This document shows, piece by piece, positions 1 through 11,265 of a stretch of 64,000 nucleotides of DNA. The position numbers and the translations under genes are program-made. A model generated the notes under the pieces. That model saw nothing but the letters and a program-made list of their open reading frames with translations, searched no databases and was not told the origin of the DNA. This stretch comes from Cycas panzhihuaensis. Taxonomy: Eukaryota; Plantae; Cycadophyta. Each line of letters starts with the position of its first letter. Position 1 is the first letter of the stretch. The DNA lies in contig CM041465.1 of NCBI GenBank assembly GCA_023213395.1, forward strand, positions 50,537,741 to 50,601,740, in the 5' to 3' direction.

Positions 1-1993
1 TCATTGTGGCAATCAAAGCCATACAACACAACATGATCAAAATGAAAAACTGTTAAGTGTCTTTGGTGATTGTCATAAAAACAACACTTGGGTTGTCGAT
101 TTAGGTGCACTTATCACATGATAGGTGATACTGATTTACTTGTTGATATTTAAGAAAGCAATGGTGAAATAGTAACTTTTGGAGACGATGTTGCTATTGA
201 GATTTTAGGAGTTGGCAAAACTCCTTCTATTATCAATGGCCAAAACCTTAATCAATCATTTCTTGGTGGCATAGTGTTTTTAGTTCTCGACATGTCTAGA
301 AACCTACTTTCTGTTAGTCAGTTAGATAAGTAACAAATGAGAGTACTATTCAAAAACAAGAAATGCATCATAAGAGCTAAGAAAGACCAAATTATTGTTG
401 TTGGTCATGAAGTGCAACATCTAACAACACTTATGCCTTGGTCTCATAGTTAAAAAGTAAAGATCAATTATGGCATGAAAGATTATGTCATTTGAACTTA
501 TAAAGTATTAAGTTGATGTTTAAACTTAACATGTTGTATGGCTTGTCCAAGATTTCGGTAAGAAAGTGCCTTTGTGAGCATGTTTAATGGGGAAACAACA
601 TTGCGAACCATTTCTTAAAGGCAAGGCATGGAGAGCTCAAAGTTTGTTGTAATTAGTACATTCTGACAGCTGTGGACCCATGTCTTGACTTCTGGGAGGA
701 TACATGGTGCAACAACTCTCAGCTGAAAGGTAGGCCTATGGTGGGTCACCTATAGGATGTTTATGAGAGATTGTATGGAAAAAAGGTCAAAAATTACTTG
801 GGAGGGGCAGGGTCGGGATAGATCCCAGAGATTTTTTGAGAATATGTAAGGGGATCGGGAGATAAGTGAAGGCATTATTGTCCTTAAGAAAGAGATAGAT
901 TGATGTTATATCCTAAAAACTCCTAAAGCGGATTCTATAGTTTGGGCTCACTCCCCTTTGGGGGAGTACTCAATGAAGTAGGGGTACCGGGCTATTTGCA
1001 TCGATGGGGGGGGAACTAAGAATCCAATGCTAGAAGGAGTATGGAAGATGGGTTTAATACCCAAAGTGGCAGTCTTCTAGTGGCTTTGCCTGAGAAACAA
1101 GATCTTGACAGTGGACAATTTATGCAAGAGGGGCTTTGTTATGCCAAATAGGTGTATGCTCTATAAAATAGAGGAGGAGTCACTGGATCATATCAACCTC
1201 CATTATTCTTTCTCCAAAAATGTTTAAATGCTTATATGGTCCCAATTTAGGATAAAATAGGTGGCTTCTAGGACTCTAAAAGAACAAGTGATGAGATGGA
1301 AGTGCCCTTTCAGGAGTAAGATCCTGGACTATATTTGGAACAGTACTTTACCCATGGTGCTATGGAACCTATGGAAGGAATGAAACAGAAGGATCTTTCA
1401 GGAGAAGGAAATGGATGAAGTTAGGCTACATGAGGTCACTAGTACAACTATTGTGGAATTAGTTAAAATCATAGAAGAAAAAAGCATATCTGAATTCAAG
1501 GGAAGTATTATTGACAGTTGGGGAATAGGCAGATCCAATATTATTGGGGAATTGAGGAGGAAATATACTTAGATTCCTCCTATGGTAAATTGGGTTAAAA
1601 TAATCTTTTGATGGAGCCTCTAAAGGCAACCCAGGGGAGACTGAAGGGGGAGGTCTTTGAGTCACACTTTACTTCATCACATTTATTGATGAGTTTTCAT
1701 ACAAGGTGTGGGTCTACTTTCTTAAACATAAATTAGAAGCTTTCACCAAGTTTAAAGAATTTAAGCTTGTAGTTGAAAAAGAGTTGGACATGTAGATCAA
1801 GGTTCTTAGGTTTGACAATGGTGGCGAATATGCCTTTAAGGAGTTCAACTAGTTTTGCACTCATCATGGCATTTAATGATAATTTTCTGCCCAACATACA
1901 CCTTAGTAGAATGGTGTAATAGAATGCATGAACCAAACACTTGTTAGCAAAGCTAAGGCCATGATGCAAATGAATGGTCTTTCTCAAACCTAC
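1..1993 (+). mobile_element. Degenerate Ty1/Copia pol fragment (protease, GAG-pre-integrase, integrase core), split by a LINE fragment at ~685-1659
   Basis: Frameshifted motifs WVVDLGA (~89), LWHERLCHLN (~468) and VHSD.CGPM (~656). The integrase resumes at ~1660 with YFITFIDEFSYKVWVYFLKH and FDNGGEY. Many stop codons. Confidence 0.85.
685..1659 (+). mobile_element. Internal fragment of an L1-type LINE ORF2 (post-RT region, zf-RVT, start of RNase H)
   Basis: Reads DFWEDTWC, GVWKMGLIPKVAVF, ILTVDNL, MPNRCML, SFDGASKGNPG. Collinear with the LINE at ~62100-63090 on the minus strand. Confidence 0.85.
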
Positions 1994-2961
1994 GCAGAAA
2001 TAGTTCAAATGGCTTCATGTTTGTTCAAACTTAGGTTTCATGTTCAAGCATATATTTGGCTTCCAAATGCATGAAACCTCCATTCATTGATGTTTTTTCT
2101 CTACTCCGTGACGTCTTAACTTGTGTGCCCAAGCGTCTGGCGGGTGTTCTTCAATCTCAGATCTTTATATGGTGTAATGTTTTGCAAGTTCTTTATCTCA
2201 GCTACAGTGATGAAAGCCTTCAATCATTTAGCTTTTTGGCTGTTATCTCCAATGTTTCACAAGCGAGCTTTGTTTGATACTTTGATGTTGCACGACTCCC
2301 AGACCTGGTGTTTGAATGGCAAATGTCTTTACTTCAATTTTACACAGGTATTTTAAACCTTTGTTTATCTCCAAAACCTATGAACAAGCAAAATAATATG
2401 TTCAACCGTGCTGTTCCACGAACCACAAACTCCTCAAAAAAAAAAAAAAAGCTGAACCCGAACACACAGAGATTTCTTTGAAAATTCAAAACAAAAACTT
2501 TCACAAAAAACTGTCCACAATTGACATATACATTTTGAGCTTCACCACGGAGTTCTCTTCAGGATTACACCTAAAAAAAAAAGAAAATTTAACCAGCAAC
2601 TCACACATGAACCTGCTCTGATACCATGTTGATATTTACAGTTAGGATCATATATGGTGGAAAATAGAAAAACAAGAATACTGAAATGAAAATTGGTTTC
2701 AAAGAATTGCTTGCATTCATTTTCCATAAAGTTTACAATGCATAAAGTGTAAATATATACACTATAAGAGATGTAGCCTACAAGACAAGAAATGTAACTG
2801 CTTGCATGCAGTCCTGACAAGTGTGTGGATGGCTGAATAATCCCCATCAGTCATCACACACACATTAATTAAAAATGCTGAAAATACAATACACAAAATG
2901 AGGAGGCTGATAATGTTAAGTTATGAGCCTAGACATCATGTAAACATTAATTATTCTAACA
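1994..2961 (-). mobile_element. 5' end of a truncated Copia-type LTR element: LTR 2627-2961, tRNA-iMet PBS 2615-2626, decayed gag-like sequence
   Basis: gctctgatacca (reverse complement TGGTATCAGAGC) directly abuts a 335-bp TGTT...AACA segment. No partner LTR in the window. Confidence 0.7.
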
Positions 2962-3628
2962 GGTATTGATGTGGAGCGCTCCTTATAAGTATTGGTTCTT
3001 TTTCCTTTTTTTTGAAGAAAGATTGTTTTTTAAAGCAGATTGTTTTTTAAAGCAGTTTGAATGAAAATTGTTATAACAAAAGTTTCAGCTCATAAGTCTT
3101 TCTAATTAAAGGTAAGTGGGTTGATGATTGCGTAGATATAGAAACTGCATATTTGTGTGCTAAAGTGCTTTCTCCAAACACTCAGCAGGAGCTCATTTTT
3201 GTCATACTTGATATTTATTTGTAATGGCTAGACATGGATTCTGAATCCAACATTTGATGCTCCTTAACATGCCACCATTGTTTTTATTCATCTACATTTG
3301 TGCGGATGTTAGGGCCATTGAGTTTATGATGCAGTTTAGTGTTCTGCCCTCTATCTTCCCCCTACCCCAAGTTAAATGCACATACTACATCAGATCAATT
3401 GTTCATATAATTTCCTGGTAATATTATAAAATTGATACAAACATTTACTGCACTTTGGTTCTTATCCTGGAAACAAATCCAACATGTTTGATAGGAATCT
3501 CAATTTTAGCATGAGCCCCATTTTACATGGTTACAACACTCTGAAATTTGCATAGCAATTCTTAACCTTATTTTCTTTTAGCTGATGAAGTTGAAGAGAC
3601 TAAGAAGAGCATTATACTGATTTTACAG

Positions 3629-3934
3629 GGGGGATCCCTTTGAAGGAGCCTATCTTCATGCAGATAATGGTGTCTATGAAGGCCATGCCTTTATATTGTG
3701 GTCTTCCCACACTTTCAGAATTTATGGTAGAAAAAGGTTGGACAAAGTGTTTTGCACGTGTAAGTGAAATGGGTTTGCCTGCATATATTTTCTTGACTAT
3801 TTTATACTTAGCGCTAGTGGAGTTTGGGATATACTGGATGCACAGAGAGTTACATGACATAAAACCTCTATACAAGTATCTTCATGCAACACATCACATC
3901 TACAACAAACAGAATACTCTTTCGCCTTTCGCAG
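3629..3934 (+). CDS. DWF7: Delta(7)-sterol C5(6)-desaturase, internal exon (phase 1 to phase 1)
   Basis: Acceptor ttttacAG ends at 3628; donor G|GTAGAC at 3935. Translation (G)[11 protein letters not shown]...[39 protein letters not shown] has the HxxxH and HxxHH boxes of plant STE1/DWF7. Confidence 0.95.
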
Positions 3935-5035
3935 GTAGACAGTTTTGGTTTGTTTAAATTATAGTTCTTCAAAGTTGAATGTTTTCAAAGTCCAATTTGG
4001 TTGCATTCTTGAATTCTACTGATCAATAAAAGCTCATTTTCTCATTTCAAAAGTGGGCATATCCTTTGATATGTGATTTCATGCTTTAATGTTATTTTTG
4101 ATGGATAAATGGGTGTAATAAGGAAACAATCATGGAATGGGAAACAGAGAACAGAATGGCACAAAATTAAAGAAGCCAGTAATTGGAAAATGTCAGGGCT
4201 TTGGAAGGAGGGCAACAAAAACCAGAAGTAAAAATTGGACATAAGTATTTATTGGTTGAAATTGGAATTCAGTCATATTCAAGCCTTAACCATATTCCAT
4301 AATTTACGATCAGGCAAATTGGATATCAGAATCTACAGCATTAAATGAGAATCATGGGCAATGTTAGTATTAAGTAAACATATCATGGTATCCTATTTCA
4401 ATAAAGAGGATTCAATCCTTGAAATTTTAACATCCTTGGTATCTAATATTCAGAAAGTCAGACCCCACTGCCATCCTATAGTCTCATTTGACAAAAGAGA
4501 CTTCTTGTGAGAGTCTGAATCTCTGTTTTGGCCAAAAACCCAGTGCAAAATGCATTTTAAAAATCAAAAGAGTCCAAAACTTATCAACACTGAATGAAAT
4601 CTTTTTTTTTTCAGGCTGGCTATTTTGACCTGGGTTGTGAAATGTTGCACAAACGGTGTCCTAAAAGCTGTGTTTAATCTATGCCAATGAAGCAGACCAA
4701 CTAGGACTCCTCCCTAGAAGATAATAGGTAGTATACAAATAACAAGAGTGTTGGAAATCAACCTGCACAAACAATCTTCTCAAACAGAATGAAACACACC
4801 TCCATAGGATCGAACGGTACCCTTAAGGTACCTCCATTGTATTAAGAAAGATCATTACTACAACCATTCAATATGATACACAAAATTGTGTATTTATAAT
4901 ATAAGTCATGATGGAAGAGTAGGACCCACTTGTATGTGGGTCAAATCAAATGTACATTAATATTCTAACACTCCCCCTTAATGTACATTTGGGTCATTTG
5001 TATTTGCAACGCTTTGTCCTTGGAAATGCTTTGAG

Positions 5036-5200
5036 AATGATGTCTTCAACCTGATTCTTGTCTTCAATCTTGTAGTGATGTCTTTGCTGCAGAATGATGT
5101 CTTCATCTTGACTTTTGTCTTCAATTCTGTATCAATGCCTTTGTAAGATGATATCTTCAGCTTGATTTTCATCTTCAATTCTGTAGTGATGACGTTGATG
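5036..5200. repeat. Three imperfect ~55-bp tandem repeats between the gag stop and the PPT
   Basis: Unit (ga)atgatgtcttca.cttga.t.ttgtcttcaat..tgta occurs three times. Confidence 0.7.
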
Positions 5201-5224
5201 TAGCTGCTCTAGTAAGTATAAATC

Positions 5225-6043
5225 CTAATTCTTTATTGCGGCTGGTCTAGTCTGATGAAGATCCTGTAAGTAACCATCTTCAATCACAACTTCTATATCA
5301 TCATTATCCTGTATAAACTCTTGATCATCATGTACAAGAGTGACTTCTTCAATCTTTGGAGCAGAATCTTGATCAATTATCATACTCTTTGAACTTGAAT
5401 CAATGCTTAAAGAAGGACCATCATCAATATAAGACTCATCCTTTATAGGATCATTAGATTCAATTTCTCTTGAAATCAATTCATCACTTTCAATGTCTTC
5501 ATATGTAATCTCATCAATGCATTCAACAGTAGTAGTTTTGTTAGTACTTAGACATTCTTCATCTTGACATGCTGTTTCAACAGTGTTGATTATACTTTCT
5601 TCATTCGTTGTACCTGTTCCATAACTAGCCTTAATTGTTTTTTCAATCATTCGTTGAGTTTCTTCAGGAGTTTGTTCAAATACTTCCCTTAGAAAATCCC
5701 AAGCTTCTTTAGCATTACTTGCATGTAGAATCATAGGAATGACAAAATGGAATTTGGAAGGAAGATCAACCTCATTGAATGCAGCACGAATCATAATGAA
5801 TGCTTTTCTATCTTTCTTCTCAAGCATTTCCTTTTCTTCTTCATCCTTAGGGATATCATATTCATCAGTAACAATCTTCCACAAACCTCTAGCTATGAAT
5901 AAACATCTCATTTTAATTGTCCAAAAGAAGTAGTTTTCACCATTACACTTAGGTACTGGAAGAAACGAATCCCTTAAGTAATATTCATTTGTTTTAGGAG
6001 CATATATAACCACATCATTATCCTCCATGATTGTAAATGCCAT
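5225..6043 (-). CDS. Truncated Copia-type Gag N-terminus (DUF4219/UBN2-like) with an acidic C-terminal tail, 272 aa from the first ATG
   Basis: Open frame with NGENYFFWTIKMRCLFIARGLWKIV, DRKAFIMI and NAKEAWDFLREVF, followed by ~140 D/E-rich residues. No CCHC knuckle. ATG context gaaATGG. Confidence 0.8.
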   Translation of the reverse strand: MAFTIMEDNDVVIYAPKTNEYYLRDSFLPVPKCNGENYFFWTIKMRCLFIARGLWKIVTDEYDIPKDEEEKEMLEKKDRKAFIMIRAAFNEVDLPSKFHFVIPMILHASNAKEAWDFLREVFEQTPEETQRMIEKTIKASYGTGTTNEESIINTVETACQDEECLSTNKTTTVECIDEITYEDIESDELISREIESNDPIKDESYIDDGPSLSIDSSSKSMIIDQDSAPKIEEVTLVHDDQEFIQDNDDIEVVIEDGYLQDLHQTRPAAIKN

Positions 6044-6837
6044 TTCCACATGCCACGTCCATTTTTCAATCAATAAATTCACTTATCATTGGTAACTTGC
6101 CTATTGATCACTCTCAACAAACTTCCTCATGTCTCATATCTCACATCATCACATCATTGCTTTATCCATTACTAAATAGTCATAGAATTCAAACACTCAC
6201 TTCACCAAACCAATGCCTCATAACTCTCACAATGATCATACATGTTATATGTCGCTACCAAGACACACACTTCACTTGATTGCCCAAAACACACAACTCA
6301 TGCCATTACACTTGCAACTCATGTAACTTCAACAAAAAAAAACTCATCCTTCTTTGCTTGTTCACATCATGAAACATGCCTAATTTCTTCCTTAACTCAC
6401 CCAACAAAGTGTCCAACCTTGTCATGTTACCTCACATGTTACAAGGTTCATAATTGCCAAGTCATCACTTCATCAACTCTCTCATAGACGTCTCTTCTCA
6501 CTATTAAATCATCTTATGCATGCCTCTTATAAGGACCATACTCACCTCATATCATCAAAGTGTTCTCATATAATCAGATACAAATGAACAATGAAAAACC
6601 TCAAACTTCGTCTCATGTCATCATGTCAACACATCAACCAAGAACTTACTTCAAAAAACCACTCACTCGTATCGCCATTAACTCAATGCCAAAGATTGCT
6701 TCCTTGTAACAATAGCTCGCATGCTTATTATCTCGATCACAATGCCCTCTTATTAACTTTCTTATGCCCAACACGTACTCTCATAAAATCACACGCAAAA
6801 GGAGTATATCATCGCTTCATACCTCCATCATATCACT

Positions 6838-6932
6838 CATTAAATATATGTTTGCCTACTTACAAAAATCATTTCCAATGATAAAAAGACGCATTAAATA
6901 TATGTTCGCCTACTTACAAAAATCATTTCCAA
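6838..6932. repeat. 41-bp direct duplication (54-bp period)
   Basis: cattaaatatatgtt(t/c)gcctacttacaaaaatcatttccaa at 6838 and 6892. Confidence 0.9.
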
Positions 6933-7765
6933 AAAGGACTGCGTCTTGACGATTTTCATGTTAAAATCAAACCTGCATCTGGATTGAAAACCGGTGGCAA
7001 TGGTCCACGATTGTATTATTTTCATTCAGCAATTGAGCAATGACGTCTCCAGGGTGAATATTTGTACAAACACGTAACTGCTTATTATTAGTATCAACAG
7101 CGAGTTCTGCAGGCAACTTAAACTACAGACAACTCCACACAGGGTTTTCACGATGGCATCTTCATTCATGGGCGGCTAGCATCACCATGGTTAACGTCTT
7201 CATTTTCTTCTTCGACGGACAACTTCCTTTACGGCTCGCTAGGGTTTCAACTCCGTGGTTTTAATCTTTGTCGACTATGTTGAGTGATCTATTTGTTGGA
7301 CCAGGTTTTCTTCATTCTCTTACAACTACACAATCTATAGCTGTTCGATCATCTGCATGTAGGGGTTTTCACTACAACACATTCACACAGCGGAGAATCA
7401 ATGGTGTAACCACGACAAATCAAATCTTCATGCGATGTGCATAATAATTCCACGGTATCAACTTCTTCGCAGTTTCCTTGGTCTTGGCGATTTTATAATG
7501 ACATGTCTTGGTGAAAGAACAAGATTATGCAAGGCAGACTCCACTGAATACATGTCACAGGTTCCAATAAAGTGCAAATTCTCCAACGATGGTTGCCTTC
7601 AAACCCTAATACGCCACGAGCTCGATCACAAACTATGGTAACTATATTAAGTGTTCATTTCATCTTGTGTTTGGATAATGTCACCTGTGCTTGTTTGAAT
7701 TTATTCCTGCTCTCACGATGGGCTTGACCCTAACTCTTGCAAGAACCTGCAGTTCTCCATTTGTC

Positions 7766-7906
7766 ATCCTCCATGATTTACGGTTGTACAGGTGCGTAAG
7801 ATTATTGCATGCGGCCGAGCAATATTGGCAGTTATTTGGTGTTATGGATGTGTTTCATGTGATGGACCAGTCAGGAAACAAACTGACAGACAAAAATAGT
7901 ATCGAA
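7766..7906 (+). pseudogene. Captured fragment resembling a plant ACT-domain-repeat (ACR) gene
   Basis: 7844-7906 translates MDVFHVMDQSGNKLTDKNSIE, similar to the ACR motif WFMDVFHVTDQxGNKxTD. A weaker upstream TVVQV lies at 7780-7794. Recognised from memory of the family, not from a database search. Confidence 0.65.
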
Positions 7907-9170
7907 CCTGGTAGATCAGCCACCCCCGGCCTGGTAGATCAACCCTACGCGACTTTGATATAGGGTGATTAATACATTGGCAGTTGATAGGAATGAACGG
8001 CAGTTGAGTTGCAAATACGTCTATGACTTAACTAGCGAAAGGCGACTGCAAATTTACCATATATAAGTGATGGCACAAATCGATATACAACGATGCAATA
8101 TGAAGATATTACGGCAGGCATAATGGATATGTACGGGAATAACATCAAGCGGTTGCATACACGTTATACACATTAACATGTAGGTGACTAGAATCAAATA
8201 AAATTATGGTTGGACGATGAGGATCGAGACGTAGATAATCAAATGGAATGCGATTAAATATGTTGGCAGCTAACCCTAGAATTATTCATTAAAATTGACT
8301 AATATGCAGAGAAAATTTTCAGTGGCTGAGCAGGATTATAATCACGCACAATCTAAGAATTTTCAATGGCTATGTCTGCATGTTATATAGTGGTTGGCAT
8401 AAATCATGATGGAGTGCGATCAAATGACTACTAATCAGCAGAAATTTTATTATGCAAATATGCAAACTTAGATGGGTGTTAGATAACAGCTGGAAAATTC
8501 ACACAGGCAGCAAGTATGCAAGGAGAAGAAGAATCAGTGGCGAACAAAAAATACAATGGCTGAACAAAGAACACCTAGGGTGGGAATACCTTGAAATATT
8601 AACGAATTAATTTCGTATTATAAACTCACTATTCTTGCTCGATCAGGCTTCACCTCGATCAACCTTGTTCAACCACGCTCTGACACCAATGGCTCTACGA
8701 AGCCACCTCCTCACACGCTAATGGAATTACACCTTGCTCAACCTGGCTTTGATTTAACCTGGCTCTGATACCATGTTGGAAATCAACCTGCACAAACAAT
8801 CTTCTCAAACAGATCGAAACACACCTCCATAGGATCGAACGGTACCCTTAAGGTACGTCCATTGTATTAAGAAAGATCATTACTACAACCATTCAATATG
8901 ATACACAAAATTGTGTATTTATAATATAAGTCATGATGGAAGAGTAGGACCCACTTGCATGTGGGATAAATCAAATGTACATTAATATTCTAACAAAGAG
9001 AACAATCAAAGACCAGGAATGTCAAAGGACAAGTAGATTAAATTTTAAATAATGATAATCTACGATTGATTATTTAGGCATATATTTAATATTTATCTTT
9101 TTATTGATGGTTATACCTTTCATAGATACCTTTTCACAAATAATTAAATGAGCCTTAATTCATAATTAAT

Positions 9171-9674
9171 TGTGTGCTCCACTTTCCATCTCTGCAGCAA
9201 GATCAGTTACTAGAATACATGATAGGCCCAGAGCAAAAGCACAAGAGATCAACTACGTAAGAGTTCACACCCAGAGGCAAACACTGGGATCATATTTTGA
9301 GGTACCTTCCTTTATTAGAGGAGGGGGGAACTGCATTTGGTCCTCTCACAGCCAAATGCAGACCCAAAGTGTTAACAGAACAGAGAAGTACCTGGCAAAA
9401 CCAAGCCGACAATACATTTTGGCAAAGAGAGAAGCCAGCTGAATGCTAGTTACAAAAGAATCCTATATATCTTGTAGCAATCCCCCTGGTTCCAAAGATA
9501 TTTTGGCCGACTTCTATGCCAGTTTATGGCCAATTTCCCAAGTAGTAATATTCCCAGTATTGCCCCCCATTCTGATCAACTTCCATTATGACAAAGTAGC
9601 CGCCTATTTAAAGAAGTTCGAGGCCTCATTCTTGAGCATCTGTGTGGAAGTATTGGCTGCCATATTTTTGGCTC
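9171..9674 (-). mobile_element. Probable LTR fragment (R/U5 side), interrupted by the next Copia insertion
   Basis: On the minus strand: TATA-like gatatatagg (~9465), AATAAA (~9311) and a terminus ...cacaca at 9171. No partner LTR or TSD found. Confidence 0.35.
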
Positions 9675-11265
9675 TGTTAAAAGTTACACCTTATGCACAT
9701 CGGCAAACACACACAAATAATGAAAATAAAGCAAAAACAGAGAGCCGAAAGAGTGGAGAAGGATCTCTTTGAATTGATTACCAAAAATGAAGTACAAACT
9801 GTCTTTATATAGTATAGTCAAGAGGAGAAAATATCTTTATACTGAAACCAAATAAATTGGGATGCTCATATTGAACTTTGGATTTACTGTAGGCCGACCT
9901 ACAAATAAATATATTATTTCTAATACCCTCTCTTAATGTTTTATCAGTTCCAGGCCAAGTCGGTCCTGAAAGAATGGAAACTTCTCTCTTGATAATGATT
10001 TTATGAAAATGTTGGCAACTTGGATATTTGTGGTGCAATGAATTAGCTCCAATTCCTTGTTTTGAATCTTTTTCCTTATGAAGCGATGATGGCCTTCTAT
10101 ACGCTTTGTTTTGGCATGAAAGACTAGATTCTTCGTCAACTTGATTGTATTTTGATTGTCACAGTAGAGAGTTGTTGGTCCATCTTGTTCTTGTTTTAGC
10201 TCCCTTAGTAATTGTCTAATCCAAATAGCTTCACAGTTAGCACTTACTATTGCTTTGTATTCATCTTCAGTGGAAGATAAATGCAACAGTTGGTTGTTTC
10301 TTGCTACTCCAAGAAATAACTGCTGAACCAAGTGAGAAACAATAGTCTATGGTGGATTTTTTGTCTCCTTTGTCACTTGCCAAATCAGAATCACTAAAAC
10401 CAAGCAGTTTCGTTTTTTCAAATTTTGCATATTTTAGTCTTAGGTTTGAAGTACCTTTCAAATATCTGAGAATTCTCTTTGTTGCATTCAAGTAAGATAG
10501 CTTTGGTTCTTGCATGAATTTGGAAATCACTCCAATAGAATATGAGATATTTGGCCTAGTGGCACTGAGATAAATTAAACTTCCTACCAATTTTCTATAC
10601 AATTGGGTATCTACAACTTGACCATCATCATCTTTTGTCAAGGAGCATCCTGTTTCCATAGGTGTGATACAATTGTTGCAATTTTCCATCTTGAATTTTG
10701 CAAGTAAACTTTTCACATATTTTGATTGACATAAAAAAATGAAGTAATTTTTTTTGCTCTACCTCAATTCCAAGATAATAATGTAAGAGACCAAGATTAG
10801 TCATTTCAAACACCTTTTCAAATTGATTCTTTATAAATGAGATAGAGTTAGTGTCACTTCCTGTCAAAATCATGTCATCCACATACAATTATTATGGATA
10901 TTAAATTTTTGTTGATCTTGATATATAAATTCGGGTCAGATTCACATTTTTGAAAACGATTTTGAATAAGATACTCTGGTCCAATCTATTATATCAAGCT
11001 CTCAGGACTTGTTTTAGACCATACAATGCTTTTTTCAACTTGCATACAAGATGTTCTTCTCTTGGTTTTGAATATCCTGCTGGCTGTGTCACGTACACTT
11101 CTTTTTTAATTCACCATTCAAAAAGGCACTCGTTATATCAAGTTGATAAATTTTCCACCCTTATTGAGCTGCTAAGCCTATCACTGATCTCATAGTATTC
11201 AATTTGGCAACTAGTGAGAAGGTTTCATCATAATCTATTTTAGTTGTCTACGTATACCCCTTGGT
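9675..11265 (-). mobile_element. 3' half of a Copia element: LTR 9675-9925, PPT 9926-9935, decayed RT and RNase H
   Basis: ORF remnants MYVDDMIL, YRKLVGSLIYL, SWSSKKQ, CDNQ and HAKTKRIE. Cut at the KGY motif by the element starting at 11266. Confidence 0.9.

Larger units (their letters stand above)
4749..8995 (-). mobile_element. Intact non-autonomous LTR retrotransposon (TR-GAG-like), 4247 bp
   Basis: 222-bp LTRs at 4749-4970 and 8774-8995 with 6 mismatches and TG..CA ends. TSD AAGAG at 4744-4748 and 8996-9000. 18-nt tRNA-iMet PBS at 8756-8773; PPT at 4971-4980. No RT, RNase H or integrase motifs. Confidence 0.95.

Noticed and set aside
1-3628. First exon or promoter of the desaturase
   Set aside because: No sequence encoding the N-terminal part of the protein was found. 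The region is TE-filled upstream intron, and the first exon lies outside the window.
3935-3957. C-terminus GRQFWFV of ORF 3640-3957 and N-terminus of ORF 49966-50313 as coding
   Set aside because: Both are read-through into intron sequence beyond canonical splice sites; family similarity stops at the junctions.
8756-8773. tRNA gene
   Set aside because: Only the 3' 18 nt (including CCA) match, directly next to an LTR. This is a primer-binding site; the same applies to the other PBS hits.
9170-9772. ORFs 9170-9442 and 9443-9772 as a nested gene
   Set aside because: No recognisable protein motifs. The second ORF crosses an LTR boundary at 9675, and the region looks like LTR sequence.
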